NCBI GenBank assembly: GCA_012295275.1
Contig: CM022667.1
Span: forward strand, 22,382,001-22,446,000
Origin: Chrysomallon squamiferum
Taxonomy: Eukaryota; Animalia; Mollusca
Direction: 5' to 3'
Length of the DNA stretch: 64,000 nt
Below the pieces are notes generated by a model. It saw only the letters and a program-made list of their open reading frames with translations. It was not told the origin of the DNA and did not search any database. Position numbers and translations under genes: made by a program. Of the stretch, positions 63,864 to 64,000 are shown in pieces; positions within the stretch are counted from its first letter, which is position 1, and each line of letters opens with the position of its first letter.

Positions 63864-64000
63864 TATTTATGAAATGTATTACTAGTCATATGTATGTAAT
63901 ATACTTTATTTATGAAATGTATTGCTAGTCATATGTATGTAATATACTTTATTTATGAAATGTATTGCTAGTCATATGTATGTAATATACTTTATTTATG
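63864..64000. repeat. 43-bp minisatellite, at least 3 copies, runs off window end
   Basis: Unit TATTTATGAAATGTATTGCTAGTCATATGTATGTAATATACTT starting at 63864, 63907, 63950, 63993. Confidence 0.95.

Noticed and set aside
63864-64000. Regularly spaced repeats resembling a CRISPR array
   Set aside because: Units are head-to-tail with no unique spacers, there are no cas genes, and the context is a eukaryotic intron.

Overview
Eukaryotic, very AT-rich, microsatellite-rich animal DNA. An invertebrate, possibly a mollusc, is my inference from composition only. Two spliced genes lie head-to-head. (1) A complete syntaxin-16 (STX16) on the minus strand: 8 coding exons, 11441->7788, about 309 aa. (2) The 5' about 4358 codons of HYDIN, the axonemal central-pair protein, on the plus strand: 72 coding exons traced by hand with consistent splice phases, 13254->63484, with the gene continuing beyond the window. 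Introns and the left flank hold decayed DNA transposons (MULE, hAT/Charlie-like, Tigger/pogo), an unclassified CA-associated repeat, short local duplications and micro/minisatellites. The most notable signals are a perfect 16-bp RFX X-box palindrome inside the largest HYDIN intron, a phase-required GC-AG intron, a strong AG|GT recursive-splice-like site, fold-back CA/TG tracts next to splice acceptors, and the divergent STX16/HYDIN promoter. I see no prokaryotic features (CRISPR, operons) and no clearly new gene system. Most short ORFs in the supplied track are exon read-through or microsatellite artefacts.
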